Assembly: GCA_002296185.1 (NCBI GenBank)
Contig: DBHM01000027.1
Coordinates: forward strand, 1-59,006
Length of the DNA stretch: 59,006 nucleotides
From: Alphaproteobacteria bacterium UBA828
Lineage (GTDB): Bacteria > Pseudomonadota > Alphaproteobacteria > UBA828
Direction: 5' to 3'
Both the position numbers and the translations under genes were made by a program. Positions 18,001-26,067 of this stretch are shown here, in pieces; positions within the stretch are counted from its first letter, which is position 1; every line of letters begins with the position of its first letter. The notes under the pieces are model-generated. The model was given only the letters and a program-made list of their open reading frames with translations, was not told where the DNA came from and did no database searches.

Positions 18001-18817
18001 CTGCAAAAGCACAGGAATTGATAATGACTTCTATATCAGTAGTCTCAAATGCGGTTTTAAGAAAAGCTGCTGCAGAAGGATCTCTAAGGCTAGATATAAA
18101 TATAGGGAGTGGGTTAAGATTTAGTTTTTGGAGCTCGTTAATTAGACTTTTAATTGGAGATACATGATCTGCTTGAACTAAAGCTCTATAAAAAAGTATA
18201 GGTATTACAGGTTGATCATTTACCCAGTTATCAAAAATAGTATTTGCAGTATCTATTTGATTATAATTTAGTTCAGGACAATAAAATCCGGCTTTTGGGA
18301 GTAGTTTAGGCTCTTCGTATGTTATTGGTATTCCTATAATATTCGTACTATATCTCAAAAAATTATAGGCATTTTCACTTCCTCCGTGGATTAAGAATTG
18401 CCATAATTTTCTTACAATCTCTTCAGGTAGTGTACTATTCTTTATTAATTGAATGTCAGGTGTGTCATCGCCAGGTAGGAATGCTAAAGCTATATTTTTT
18501 TCTCTACATATTATTGAGAGTCTTTCCACGCCATAGGGCCAATAGCTTGTTCCTCCAAGTATACGAATAACAACCAGTTGTGAATGCTGAATGACTTGGT
18601 CTACCCAGAGATCTATAGACAGGTTGTGAGACAAGTGCATTAGGTTAGCAAGTCTTAAGCTAGGTTTGTTGGCATCCAGCCTTGCGTATGCTTTTGCCAA
18701 AGCGCTTATCTCAGTATCTGCAGCTGAAGCAAAAATAATGTCACCAGGTGTTTGATCAAGGTCTACCGCTTCATTGCTATCTGCAATATTTCCAGGTTTT
18801 GCTGCGAGCAAATGCAC
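15059..18817 (-). CDS. cobN: Cobaltochelatase subunit CobN
   Basis: 1252 aa; MHLLAA start, ALPEVDGRI, NYPNRNGRIGNGVGLDTP, HVGKHGSLEWLPGK, PFIVNDPGEGSQAKRR, LPTGRNFY, DILDSDDYY, NPKWI. Confidence 0.97.
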   Translation of the reverse strand: MHLLAAKPGNIADSNEAVDLDQTPGDIIFASAADTEISALAKAYARLDANKPSLRLANLMHLSHNLSIDLWVDQVIQHSQLVVIRILGGTSYWPYGVERLSIICREKNIALAFLPGDDTPDIQLIKNSTLPEEIVRKLWQFLIHGGSENAYNFLRYSTNIIGIPITYEEPKLLPKAGFYCPELNYNQIDTANTIFDNWVNDQPVIPILFYRALVQADHVSPIKSLINELQKLNLNPLPIFISSLRDPSAAAFLKTAFETTDIEVIINSCAFAVSSPGKTRKSPLDDFDAPILQVAFSSQTIEMWKEETYGLTARDIAMHVALPEVDGRIFSRAIAFKTEDKRDDQTQTSLISLKPDEERIKFVSKLTKSWAHLRKTPRYKKKILMVLANYPNRNGRIGNGVGLDTPESTARIIRILGEEGYDVGTSCLTGKGLMDHLLNGVTNNKEVSEKHKYTEKVTLTDYQLFFSSLSEEIRSAVEKRWGGPINDPFFRKDKLGDHFSLPAKCFGKICVMIQPARGYNIDPTKTYHDPALVPPHGYFAAYFWARKNFSADAIVHVGKHGSLEWLPGKSLALSADCYPDAILGPTPNIYPFIVNDPGEGSQAKRRTQAVIIDHLTPPLTRADTHGELGELETLIDEYFEASHLDKRRLKPLSENILSLVQSIGLDLDCGINENDSTETALSKVDTYLCEIKEMQIRDGLHIFGKTPDESKTADFLVSLTRVPRGSEEKDCSITQALSNDLGLGFDPLDCDMGAIWDGPKPYELANENSWRTYGDTVERLEILASKLVAMEQPPKAKWSKTLPILKEINSRIRPALYESGPKEVEGLLTALDGRFVPPGPSGAPSRGRPEVLPTGRNFYSVDTRSLPTNAAWLLGWKSAQRVCEQYAQEHGEWPKNMAISAWGTACMRTGGDDIAQAMALIGARPTWDNHNGRVTGFEILPQNLLDRPRVDVTLRISGFFRDAFPGLISLFDSATRAISKLDENEFINPFAAQVKLETNLMQRKGVDKNTAALRASRRIFGSMPGSYGAGLQALIDESGWKRREDLADAYITWGGWVYGADCQGEPDYELFEERLSRVQAIIQNQDNREHDILDSDDYYQFEGGLSAAVQKSQKGKAPSIYHNDHSNPANPVIRSLSEEISRVVRGRAANPKWIRGVMKHGYKGAFEISATLDYLFAFAATTNAVENHHFEQLFDAYIVNQEVHDFILNANPSALKEIASRFREAVDRNLWKPQSNQYAALIDEVLNYKIEE

Positions 18818-18820
18818 AAC

Positions 18821-19864
18821 TTAGGCTTCCACTGTTGCAAGAATTTTTTCTATCTCAATTGGACGTTCTGCAATAAATACTAATTGGCTGAATCGTTCTT
18901 CATTAGGCCCCCAATCACGATCATAATGGCGGTCAATTCTTGGCCCTACTGCCTGTAGTACATGGCGACGTGGTTTTCCCTCTATATTAAGAAATCCTTT
19001 GATACGCAAAATATTGTGTTCATTAATTATATCTATTAGTTGATTTTCTAATAACGACGGATCATTAATTACTCCTAGGTTTAGTACAAAACTCTCAAAA
19101 TCTTCGTGCTCATGCTCATCATCATTGTCATGATGAGATTTACGATTTTCAATATCAAGTTCTGAATTTGCCTTTATTCCTGTAATTATAGATGGAGGTA
19201 CCTTGGCATGTTCCGCTATGACTATGGAAACCCCTTTTCTGCTAAAATTTAATAATTTTTCTCTAAGTTTATTCTGCTCTTTTATTTCCAGCTGATCAGC
19301 TTTATTAAGTACTATGAGATCTGCGCAGGCTAATTGATCTTCAAAGACTTCAGAAATTGGACTTTCATGGTCCAGTGAATCATCATCAATTCTTGCGGCC
19401 TCAACAAGCTCTGGGTTATCCGCAAATCGTCCGTCTCTAACGGCCGGTCCGTCGATAACGGCTATAACGCCATCAACAGTTACTCTATGTCGTATTTCTG
19501 GCCAATTAAATGCTTGAACGAGTGGCTTTGGTAAGGCAAGGCCACTCGTTTCTATAACAATATGGTCTGGCAACTCTTCCTGACTCAGAATTTTTTCCAT
19601 TACAGGGAGGAATTCATCAGCAACAGTGCAGCAAATACATCCATTTGCGAGCTCAACTATATCATCGTCGCTACACAGTTCATTCCCACAACCTGATATT
19701 AGTTCACTATCAACCCCTAAGTCTCCAAATTCGTTAATAATAAGGGCAATTTTTTGGCCATTATTCTCTATGAGAAGATTTCTGATAAGGCTAGTTTTAC
19801 CCGAACCTAAGAAACCAGAGATAACAGTAGCAGGGATTTTTTTATTAATTTTATGTAATATCAT
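18821..19864 (-). CDS. cobW: Cobalamin biosynthesis GTPase/metallochaperone
   Basis: SGFLGSGKT, INEFG, NGCICCT (CxCC), ETSG, NKAD, His/acid-rich SHHDNDDEHEHED, LRIKG. Confidence 0.96.
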   Translation of the reverse strand: MILHKINKKIPATVISGFLGSGKTSLIRNLLIENNGQKIALIINEFGDLGVDSELISGCGNELCSDDDIVELANGCICCTVADEFLPVMEKILSQEELPDHIVIETSGLALPKPLVQAFNWPEIRHRVTVDGVIAVIDGPAVRDGRFADNPELVEAARIDDDSLDHESPISEVFEDQLACADLIVLNKADQLEIKEQNKLREKLLNFSRKGVSIVIAEHAKVPPSIITGIKANSELDIENRKSHHDNDDEHEHEDFESFVLNLGVINDPSLLENQLIDIINEHNILRIKGFLNIEGKPRRHVLQAVGPRIDRHYDRDWGPNEERFSQLVFIAERPIEIEKILATVEA

Positions 19865-19879
19865 TTTAATTTATTACCT

Positions 19880-20821
19880 TTAAATTCGATGCCAAGAAGT
19901 TTTGTTATGTCCAAAGTTAAATATTTCCTGGTTTAGTATTTCTGAGATTATTTCTATAGACTGAAAGAGCCTTGGACCGGAGCGATTTATGTGTGCATTA
20001 CCATCAACAGCAAAGCATTCATTTGTTTTTACTGCTCGTAGATTTTTCCATGAATTACATGTAATAGTTTGATGAGACTCTATGTATGATTTTTCCAAAG
20101 AAAAACTACATGGAGCAAAAATAATAACATCAGGATCTTTTTCTAATATTTCATCAAGCGTTATACGCCTTGAGGGTTGACCAGGTCTTGTAAAAATGTT
20201 CTCCCCTCCTGCAATAGCGACTAATTCTGGAACCCAGTTTCCCGCAGCTATCAATGGATCGATCCATTCTATTATTGCCACTCGCTTTGGTTGAATGTCC
20301 ATAGCTTGGGATTTCATAGCAATTTGGACAATTTTTCTTGTAATATTATGTGTGCATAAATCAGCTTTAGATTTTCCTTTTGGACCTAAGATTTCTCCTA
20401 CTTTGCGTATATCTGCCCACACATCTCCAAGCCTAGATGGGTTGAGGGATACGATAGATATCTTTTTATTTAAGAAAGTAGCTAGGGCAGACTGTAAATA
20501 CTCCATACTAATCGAGCATTCTTCACACTGATCTTGTGTAATTATATGAGTGGGATTTAATTTGGAGATCTTTTCTTTGTTTACTTCGAATATACTAATT
20601 GCTGATTCAAAAAGATTTTGCATATCATCATGAATCTCTTTGCTAGATTTTTCTGGGAAAATTCTTGTATTTGTACAAATAGGTACTTCATTTGCTGCTG
20701 CAGGATAGTCACATTCGTGTGATCTTCCCACTATATTTTTGATATAGCCTAGCTCAGCAACTATTTCGGTAGCGCTGGGAAGTAAGGATATTATTCTTAA
20801 GCTAGATTCTTTTTTGTTCAT
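19880..20821 (-). CDS. BtuF-like class III binding-fold protein (cobalamin-binding family), no signal peptide
   Basis: RIISLLPSATEIV, GRSHECDYP, TQDQCEEC, EWIDPLIAAGNWVPELVAIAGG, PDVIIFAPC, NRSGPRL; the domain starts at residue ~8. Confidence 0.8.
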   Translation of the reverse strand: MNKKESSLRIISLLPSATEIVAELGYIKNIVGRSHECDYPAAANEVPICTNTRIFPEKSSKEIHDDMQNLFESAISIFEVNKEKISKLNPTHIITQDQCEECSISMEYLQSALATFLNKKISIVSLNPSRLGDVWADIRKVGEILGPKGKSKADLCTHNITRKIVQIAMKSQAMDIQPKRVAIIEWIDPLIAAGNWVPELVAIAGGENIFTRPGQPSRRITLDEILEKDPDVIIFAPCSFSLEKSYIESHQTITCNSWKNLRAVKTNECFAVDGNAHINRSGPRLFQSIEIISEILNQEIFNFGHNKTSWHRI

Positions 20822-21369
20822 TTATTTTTCTTTATGTTAATTGGTATGCCGGCAGTAACGAGATAAACTTCGTCCGCCACCTTAGCAATTAGTTGGTTAA
20901 GGTTCCCGGAATAATCACGGAAAGTTCGTGCAAGGGGATTATCTGGCACTATTCCTTGCCCAACTTCATTGCTAACAAAGATAATTGTACCTTCTATCTG
21001 ACTCATTAATTTGGCCAAATTTTCACTTTCATCAATAACAGAATAGTTTGCCATCATAAGGTTGCTGATCCATATAGTTAGACAATCTACAAGTATGATA
21101 TTTTTTGATGTTGAGTTTTGCTTTATTGATGAAATTAGATTTAGAGGAGACTCTAATGTATTCCAAAAAGGGCCTCTTCTCTTTCTATGTTCATTAATAC
21201 GGGCAGCCATCTCTGGATCTTTTGCTTCTGCAGTAGCAATATATATATGCGGTCCTTCGTGTCTTTCTGCTAGGGATTCAGCGTACGTACTCTTCCCTGA
21301 GCGACTGCCGCCCAAAATTAATATACATTTGCGCGTTGTTTGGGAGCGCAATCCGCTATTTGTTTTCAT
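20818..21369 (-). CDS. cobU: Bifunctional adenosylcobinamide kinase/adenosylcobinamide-phosphate guanylyltransferase (CobU/CobP)
   Basis: ILGGSRSGKS, YIATA, EHRKRR, LVDCLTIW, SNEVGQGIVP, RDYSGNLNQ. Confidence 0.96.
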   Translation of the reverse strand: MKTNSGLRSQTTRKCILILGGSRSGKSTYAESLAERHEGPHIYIATAEAKDPEMAARINEHRKRRGPFWNTLESPLNLISSIKQNSTSKNIILVDCLTIWISNLMMANYSVIDESENLAKLMSQIEGTIIFVSNEVGQGIVPDNPLARTFRDYSGNLNQLIAKVADEVYLVTAGIPINIKKNK

Positions 21370-21384
21370 CCTCCCTCCGAGGAT
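21368..21384 (-). promoter_or_regulatory. SD-containing hairpin (P13-like) at the cobU start
   Basis: ATCCTC-GGAGG-GAGGAT: 6-bp stem with GGAGG in the loop; the 3' arm includes the AT of the cobU ATG. Confidence 0.7.
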
Positions 21385-21398
21385 ATTTCTAGCTTGAC

Positions 21399-21621
21399 GT
21401 CCAGGAGGTCTCCTGGCTTGGTGTCATTAACGCTGTCGGCCTTCCCGCGTACTTTGTCTCTAGGGGACAGTTCTGCAGTGACATATTTTGCCAGCCATAA
21501 ATGTGGCATTGGGCATTTAGACAGCGTCTAATTCCTTACAGTTGCGGGGGCAGCACCGGACTAGCAATATTGCATCACCGGCTTCCCTGTCTAGACGTCA
21601 GGGACCAAGAGTAGCCTAGAC
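21399..21621 (-). ncRNA. Cobalamin (AdoCbl) riboswitch upstream of cobU
   Basis: Minus strand shows TGGT...AGGGAAGCCGGTG...TCCGGTGCTGCCCCCGCAACTGT, then CACTG...GGGAAGG and the B12 box AGCCAGGAGACCT; P1 = GUCUAGG (21621-15)/CCUGGAC (21405-399). Confidence 0.95.
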
Positions 21622-21661
21622 TGAGCATAGAAGCGAGTCGAATGATTAAAAGTATAAATTT

Positions 21662-22297
21662 TTATTGAGGAAATCGGTTTATCATGAAGTTAATACAGCT
21701 GATGCGCCACGAACTACCCTTACCAGGGCCATCAACATGTTCTAGACAACTGAGCGAACAATTATCCACCATTATCGCTAGGGCTTTTTCTGGGCATAGG
21801 CCTAGGGCATGGGCAATTGCAGCGCGTATTGACCCTCCATGAGCGACAGAAATTATATCCTTGCCTTGATGTTCCGAGGTAAGTCTGTCTATGGCTGGCC
21901 CTACCCGATTTATTACGTTAACAAAGCTCTCACCTCCTGGAGGAGATTGGTTGGCAGGAGCAACCCAGAATTTGTGAAAGTTATCACCAGCCTGTTTATG
22001 TAATTCATCCCAGGATAGGCCTTGCCATTCACCAAAATTTTGCTCGATAAAATCTTGTTCTATATGATAGTTCGGATAGATAGTAGCTTCTTCATTTATA
22101 GCATCTGCGGTCTGTCTTGTGCGTTTGAGCGGGGTTATAATCCAGGCTGCTTCTAGAGGGAGGGCAAGTGATAGCGCTTTAAAAAGATGACTTTCCGAAA
22201 CGTTTGCTGGAAGATCTCTTTGTCCGTAAAGCTTCCCTTCAGCTATTGTAACAGGTGCATGGCGGATCCACCACCAACGGGTAATATTCGTTTCCAT
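21662..22297 (-). CDS. Histidine phosphatase family, probable alpha-ribazole/adenosylcobalamin-5'-phosphate phosphatase (enteric CobC-like)
   Basis: IRHAP (RHG-like), TPLKRTRQTA, EQNFGEWQG, PPGGESF, VAHGGSIRA; adjacent to cobS. Confidence 0.8.
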   Translation of the reverse strand: METNITRWWWIRHAPVTIAEGKLYGQRDLPANVSESHLFKALSLALPLEAAWIITPLKRTRQTADAINEEATIYPNYHIEQDFIEQNFGEWQGLSWDELHKQAGDNFHKFWVAPANQSPPGGESFVNVINRVGPAIDRLTSEHQGKDIISVAHGGSIRAAIAHALGLCPEKALAIMVDNCSLSCLEHVDGPGKGSSWRISCINFMINRFPQ

Positions 22298-22321
22298 AAG
22301 TAATACTCTTCCAAAATTTAT

Positions 22322-23260
22322 TCAACTTAGGGCCGCTAGGGCTAGTAAGAAAAAAAGCTCTGAAATTTGTTGTGTGGCTCCAAGAACATCACCCGTTTGA
22401 CCAGAAATCTGTCTTTGTGCAATTGATGCAACAAGCAAAGTTCCCGCTGCTGCAGCTATTAGGGCTACTAATCCTGTCCAGTTAAGTAAAATTAAAGATA
22501 TTATAATGGCAATTATAATGCCGGTAATTACGTGGTTTCTGGGTGGTCTTCCTGCTGCAGCTGAGAGTCCATCGACTCTAGCCGGAGTCATCCAGCACAT
22601 AAGGGCAGGCATAGCCGCTCTTGACGCCGCGGCGGCTGCAATAAGAGCACACATTGTTTCGCCAACTGTGTCGAAATCAGAAATAGCTCCGACCTTAATT
22701 GCAATAACTAATAAAAGGGCTAGGACTCCGTATGCGCCAATACGACTATCTCGCATGAGTGCAAGCTTGTCCTTTTTTGATCGACCCCCGCCAAAGCCAT
22801 CAGCTGTATCAGCTAGCCCATCTTCATGAAGTGCGCCTGTAAGCAAAGCTGATATAGCTACAGCGATTAGAGCAGCGACAAGATCAGGAAGGCCTAATCC
22901 GCTTGCCAGCCCAAAAGCAATACCAGCTATTAGGCCTATTATGATGCCTATAAGGGGAAAGGCGCGGACGGCTCTTCCAATAGGATATTTTTTTTCAGTT
23001 TTATTTTCTTTGTCTAATGATTCATCCCCAGAATCCGAAGGGGATATTTTATCTATCAAATCCAATTCTGTATCTATTAAATCTTCAGAATCGTTAGATT
23101 CAAAGGGACTTGTGCGTCCTTGCCAAGGCCACGGCATACGCGTAAGAAGACTCACGCTAGCCTGCAAATCCTTGGCCCAAAGACCCAGGTGCTTGCTCAC
23201 TAACGACAGTCCGTGTCTATTATTTAGTCCATCATCATTCATAGGAGGCCTTACTTCCAC
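22322..23260 (-). CDS. cobS: Adenosylcobinamide-GDP ribazoletransferase (cobalamin synthase, CobS/CobV)
   Basis: LLTRMP, FPLIG, LTGALHEDGLADTADGFGGG, MRDSRIGAYG, GQTGDVLGA; acidic insertion near the N-terminus; start may be ATG 23242. Confidence 0.95.
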   Translation of the reverse strand: MEVRPPMNDDGLNNRHGLSLVSKHLGLWAKDLQASVSLLTRMPWPWQGRTSPFESNDSEDLIDTELDLIDKISPSDSGDESLDKENKTEKKYPIGRAVRAFPLIGIIIGLIAGIAFGLASGLGLPDLVAALIAVAISALLTGALHEDGLADTADGFGGGRSKKDKLALMRDSRIGAYGVLALLLVIAIKVGAISDFDTVGETMCALIAAAAASRAAMPALMCWMTPARVDGLSAAAGRPPRNHVITGIIIAIIISLILLNWTGLVALIAAAAGTLLVASIAQRQISGQTGDVLGATQQISELFFLLALAALS

Positions 23261-23346
23261 TTTCCTCCAGAGCCCTGTAATATTGTTTATACTTTACAAA
23301 TTTGGATGCGCCAAGAGTAGCTCGCAACCTTTGAAAGGTTATTACT

Positions 23347-24375
23347 TTGTTAGATTCACCGTTACCAGAGAAATTTTGTCAAATACAAGACCTTGTGGCA
23401 TCTATGCCGGCTATGGATAAAAAGTCAGCATTAAAAGCGAAAGAGCGTGAGTTACTTCTAACGAAACCTCCAGGATCTTTAGGAAAACTGGAGGAAATCG
23501 TTGAGTGGTTGGTGTCTTGGCAAGGTAGGTATCCTGGAAAGCTAGAAAATATAAAGATAGCAATATTTGCTGGTAATCATGGTGTGGCAGATAGAGGTGT
23601 TTCAGCGTATCCAGCTGAGGTAACAGCCCAAATGGTGGAAAACTTTAATAAAGGAGGTGCTGCAATAAATCAGTTGGCAAATATGATAGGCGCTGAACTA
23701 GAGGTTATACCCTTAGACTTAGATACACCTGTCAATGATTTTACAAAAGCACCTGCCATGGATGAAAAAGAGTTTCTGAGTGCTTTTTGCAAAGGCATGG
23801 GTGTAGTTGACATTTGTACCGACTTATTATGTTTAGGCGAAATGGGTATTGCAAATACTACAGCAGCCTCAGCCTTGTCAGCAAGCCTCTTTGGTGGAGA
23901 TCCTAATGATTGGATTGGCACAGGGACAGGTCTGGACAATGAAGGTTTAAAGAGAAAAAGAGAAGTTGTGTCTATAGGTATTAAAAAGCACCGAATTATT
24001 AAAAATAATCCTATTGAATTGATGAGCTGTTTTAGTGGCAGGGAATTTGCCGCAATATTAGGCGCCGTTGTTGCGGCAAGATTTTGTAAAGTACCAACTA
24101 TATTAGATGGTTTCACATGTACCGCAGCAGCATCTCCAATTCATTTAATTTCTGCTGGTGGCCTTGACCATTGTCAGATAGCACATTTATCCCAAGAGCC
24201 AGGTCATAAAAAATTACTACATGCATTAGGTCGCGATGCTTTGATTGATTTTGAAATGAGACTTGGCGAGGGAACAGGAGCAGCACTCTCTGCAAATCTA
24301 ATCCGCGCAGCACTCCAGATACACTCGGGGATGGCAACTTTTTCCAGTGCAGGTATTAGTGGCCCCAAGGATTAG
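23347..24375 (+). CDS. cobT: Nicotinate-nucleotide-dimethylbenzimidazole phosphoribosyltransferase
   Basis: LTKPPGSLGKLE, FAGNHGV, GVSAYP, GEMGIANTT, GTGTG, ILDGF, MRLGEGTGAA. Confidence 0.96.
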   Translation: MLDSPLPEKFCQIQDLVASMPAMDKKSALKAKERELLLTKPPGSLGKLEEIVEWLVSWQGRYPGKLENIKIAIFAGNHGVADRGVSAYPAEVTAQMVENFNKGGAAINQLANMIGAELEVIPLDLDTPVNDFTKAPAMDEKEFLSAFCKGMGVVDICTDLLCLGEMGIANTTAASALSASLFGGDPNDWIGTGTGLDNEGLKRKREVVSIGIKKHRIIKNNPIELMSCFSGREFAAILGAVVAARFCKVPTILDGFTCTAAASPIHLISAGGLDHCQIAHLSQEPGHKKLLHALGRDALIDFEMRLGEGTGAALSANLIRAALQIHSGMATFSSAGISGPKD

Positions 24376-24399
24376 GCAGCTTGAGAGTTTGAAATTGTT

Positions 24400-25251
24400 C
24401 TATTCGCCAATCTGATGAATTAACCCACGTATTCGTGCTGAGCGAAAGAACCAAAGAAACACGACAATACCGACTAAAAGATATACTCCATCTAGAATTA
24501 GGGCGCGCCAGAGTAGTTCGGTTTTAAAGTTATTATCTATTAGAATAGATCTCATTCCTTCAAAGATATAAGTAGACGGAATTAATTGAGCAATAGGCTC
24601 AATCCAGTCAGGTAAAATTGAAAGTGGATAATAAATACAACTAATTGGCGCTAAGGCGAAAATAGCTAACCAGGCTAAGCTCTCTGCGCCCAAGCCAAAT
24701 CGGATCAGCAATCCGGAAATCATCAATCCAATAGCCCAACCCATTGCAATTAAACAAAAGAAGAAAGCAATTATTGGTAACCCTAAGTCGAATATATTGA
24801 ATTGATATAATAATAATGCAAAGCAAATAGCTCCAGTAATCCCAATACTGGTTTTGAGCAAACTTATAACCATAAGTGAAAAGATGAATTCCCATGGCCT
24901 TAGAGGGCTTGTAAATAAGTGCCCAAGGTTTCGGGAGTACATTTCTTCTAAAAAAGCAAGGGTGAGACCTATTTGTCCTCTAAAAAGTATATCCCATAAG
25001 AGAACACCTGCTATAAGAACGCCCCCAGCCTGAGCAATCCAACTACTTTCATTGACAAGGAAAGAAGTAATAAGTCCCCAGAGAACCATTTGGATTGTTG
25101 GCCAATATATAAGTTCAAGGATACGGGGCCAAGAACTTCGCAAAAGGTAGATTTGTCTTAGTACTAGAGCCCAAATCCGAAGCCCAGAGCCATTAAATAT
25201 AGACTTTGAATTTGTTACCAGAGAGAAACCGCGATGGCTATATGATGTCAT
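24400..25251 (-). CDS. ABC-2 type exporter permease
   Basis: Multiple TM helices, EEMYSRNLGHLFTSPL, YYPLSILPDW, PSTYIFEGMR; start moved to ATG 25251, just after the ATPase stop. Confidence 0.88.
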   Translation of the reverse strand: MTSYSHRGFSLVTNSKSIFNGSGLRIWALVLRQIYLLRSSWPRILELIYWPTIQMVLWGLITSFLVNESSWIAQAGGVLIAGVLLWDILFRGQIGLTLAFLEEMYSRNLGHLFTSPLRPWEFIFSLMVISLLKTSIGITGAICFALLLYQFNIFDLGLPIIAFFFCLIAMGWAIGLMISGLLIRFGLGAESLAWLAIFALAPISCIYYPLSILPDWIEPIAQLIPSTYIFEGMRSILIDNNFKTELLWRALILDGVYLLVGIVVFLWFFRSARIRGLIHQIGE

Positions 25252-25255
25252 ATAA

Positions 25256-25999
25256 TCAAACCAACTTGTTTTTATTATGGCGCGCAATATCAAGAAATAC
25301 TTCTTCTAGATTTTCTCGACCATATTCTTGTATAAGAGTTTTCGGGGTATCTATAGCAACTACGCGGCCAGATCTAAGAACTATTACATTATCGGCCAAA
25401 CGTTCCACCTCTGCCATATTATGTGAAGCTAACAAAATTGTAGCATTATTATTTGCTCTCCATCTTTCAATATATTCTCTTACCCAGTCAGCGGTATCGG
25501 GATCTAAGGAAGCTGTTGGTTCATCGAGAAGTAGTAGCGATGGGTTGTTAATGAGGGCTTTAGCAAGTGCCACTCTTGTTCGCTGGCCAGCAGATAATTT
25601 TCCAACAGAGCGTTTTAATAAATTACCTATTTCTAAACTTTCTGATAGTTCCTCTATACGATTTTTAGGTCTAAGGATTCCATATAGCATAGCGTAGACG
25701 TATAGATTTTCTCTAACTGATAATCGATGTGGTAAATCAAGATATGGGGATGAAAAATTCATTTTAGAGAGAAGCTGAGAACGTTTTTTTTCAAAATCTT
25801 TACCAAAAATTTCTATATTACCAGATGTTGGAACTACAAGACCCAGGAGCATAGCCATTGTGGTAGTCTTTCCAGCGCCATTACCGCCAAGAAGTGCAAC
25901 AATACCGTTTGGAGCAATAGAGAAATTTATAGAATCTACGGCTGTAACTTCTCCAAATCTTTTCGTTAGGTTGTGGGCTTTAATTATAGATTCAGTCAT
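25256..25999 (-). CDS. ABC transporter ATP-binding protein
   Basis: Walker A GGNGAGKT, signature LSAGQ, Walker B LLLLDEPT, H-loop SHN. Confidence 0.95.
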   Translation of the reverse strand: MTESIIKAHNLTKRFGEVTAVDSINFSIAPNGIVALLGGNGAGKTTTMAMLLGLVVPTSGNIEIFGKDFEKKRSQLLSKMNFSSPYLDLPHRLSVRENLYVYAMLYGILRPKNRIEELSESLEIGNLLKRSVGKLSAGQRTRVALAKALINNPSLLLLDEPTASLDPDTADWVREYIERWRANNNATILLASHNMAEVERLADNVIVLRSGRVVAIDTPKTLIQEYGRENLEEVFLDIARHNKNKLV

Positions 26000-26067
26000 A
26001 ATTGAATTATTATTCTTTGATTTGTATATTTTAAAAAAATTAATCTTTTTACTATACAGTATAGGTT

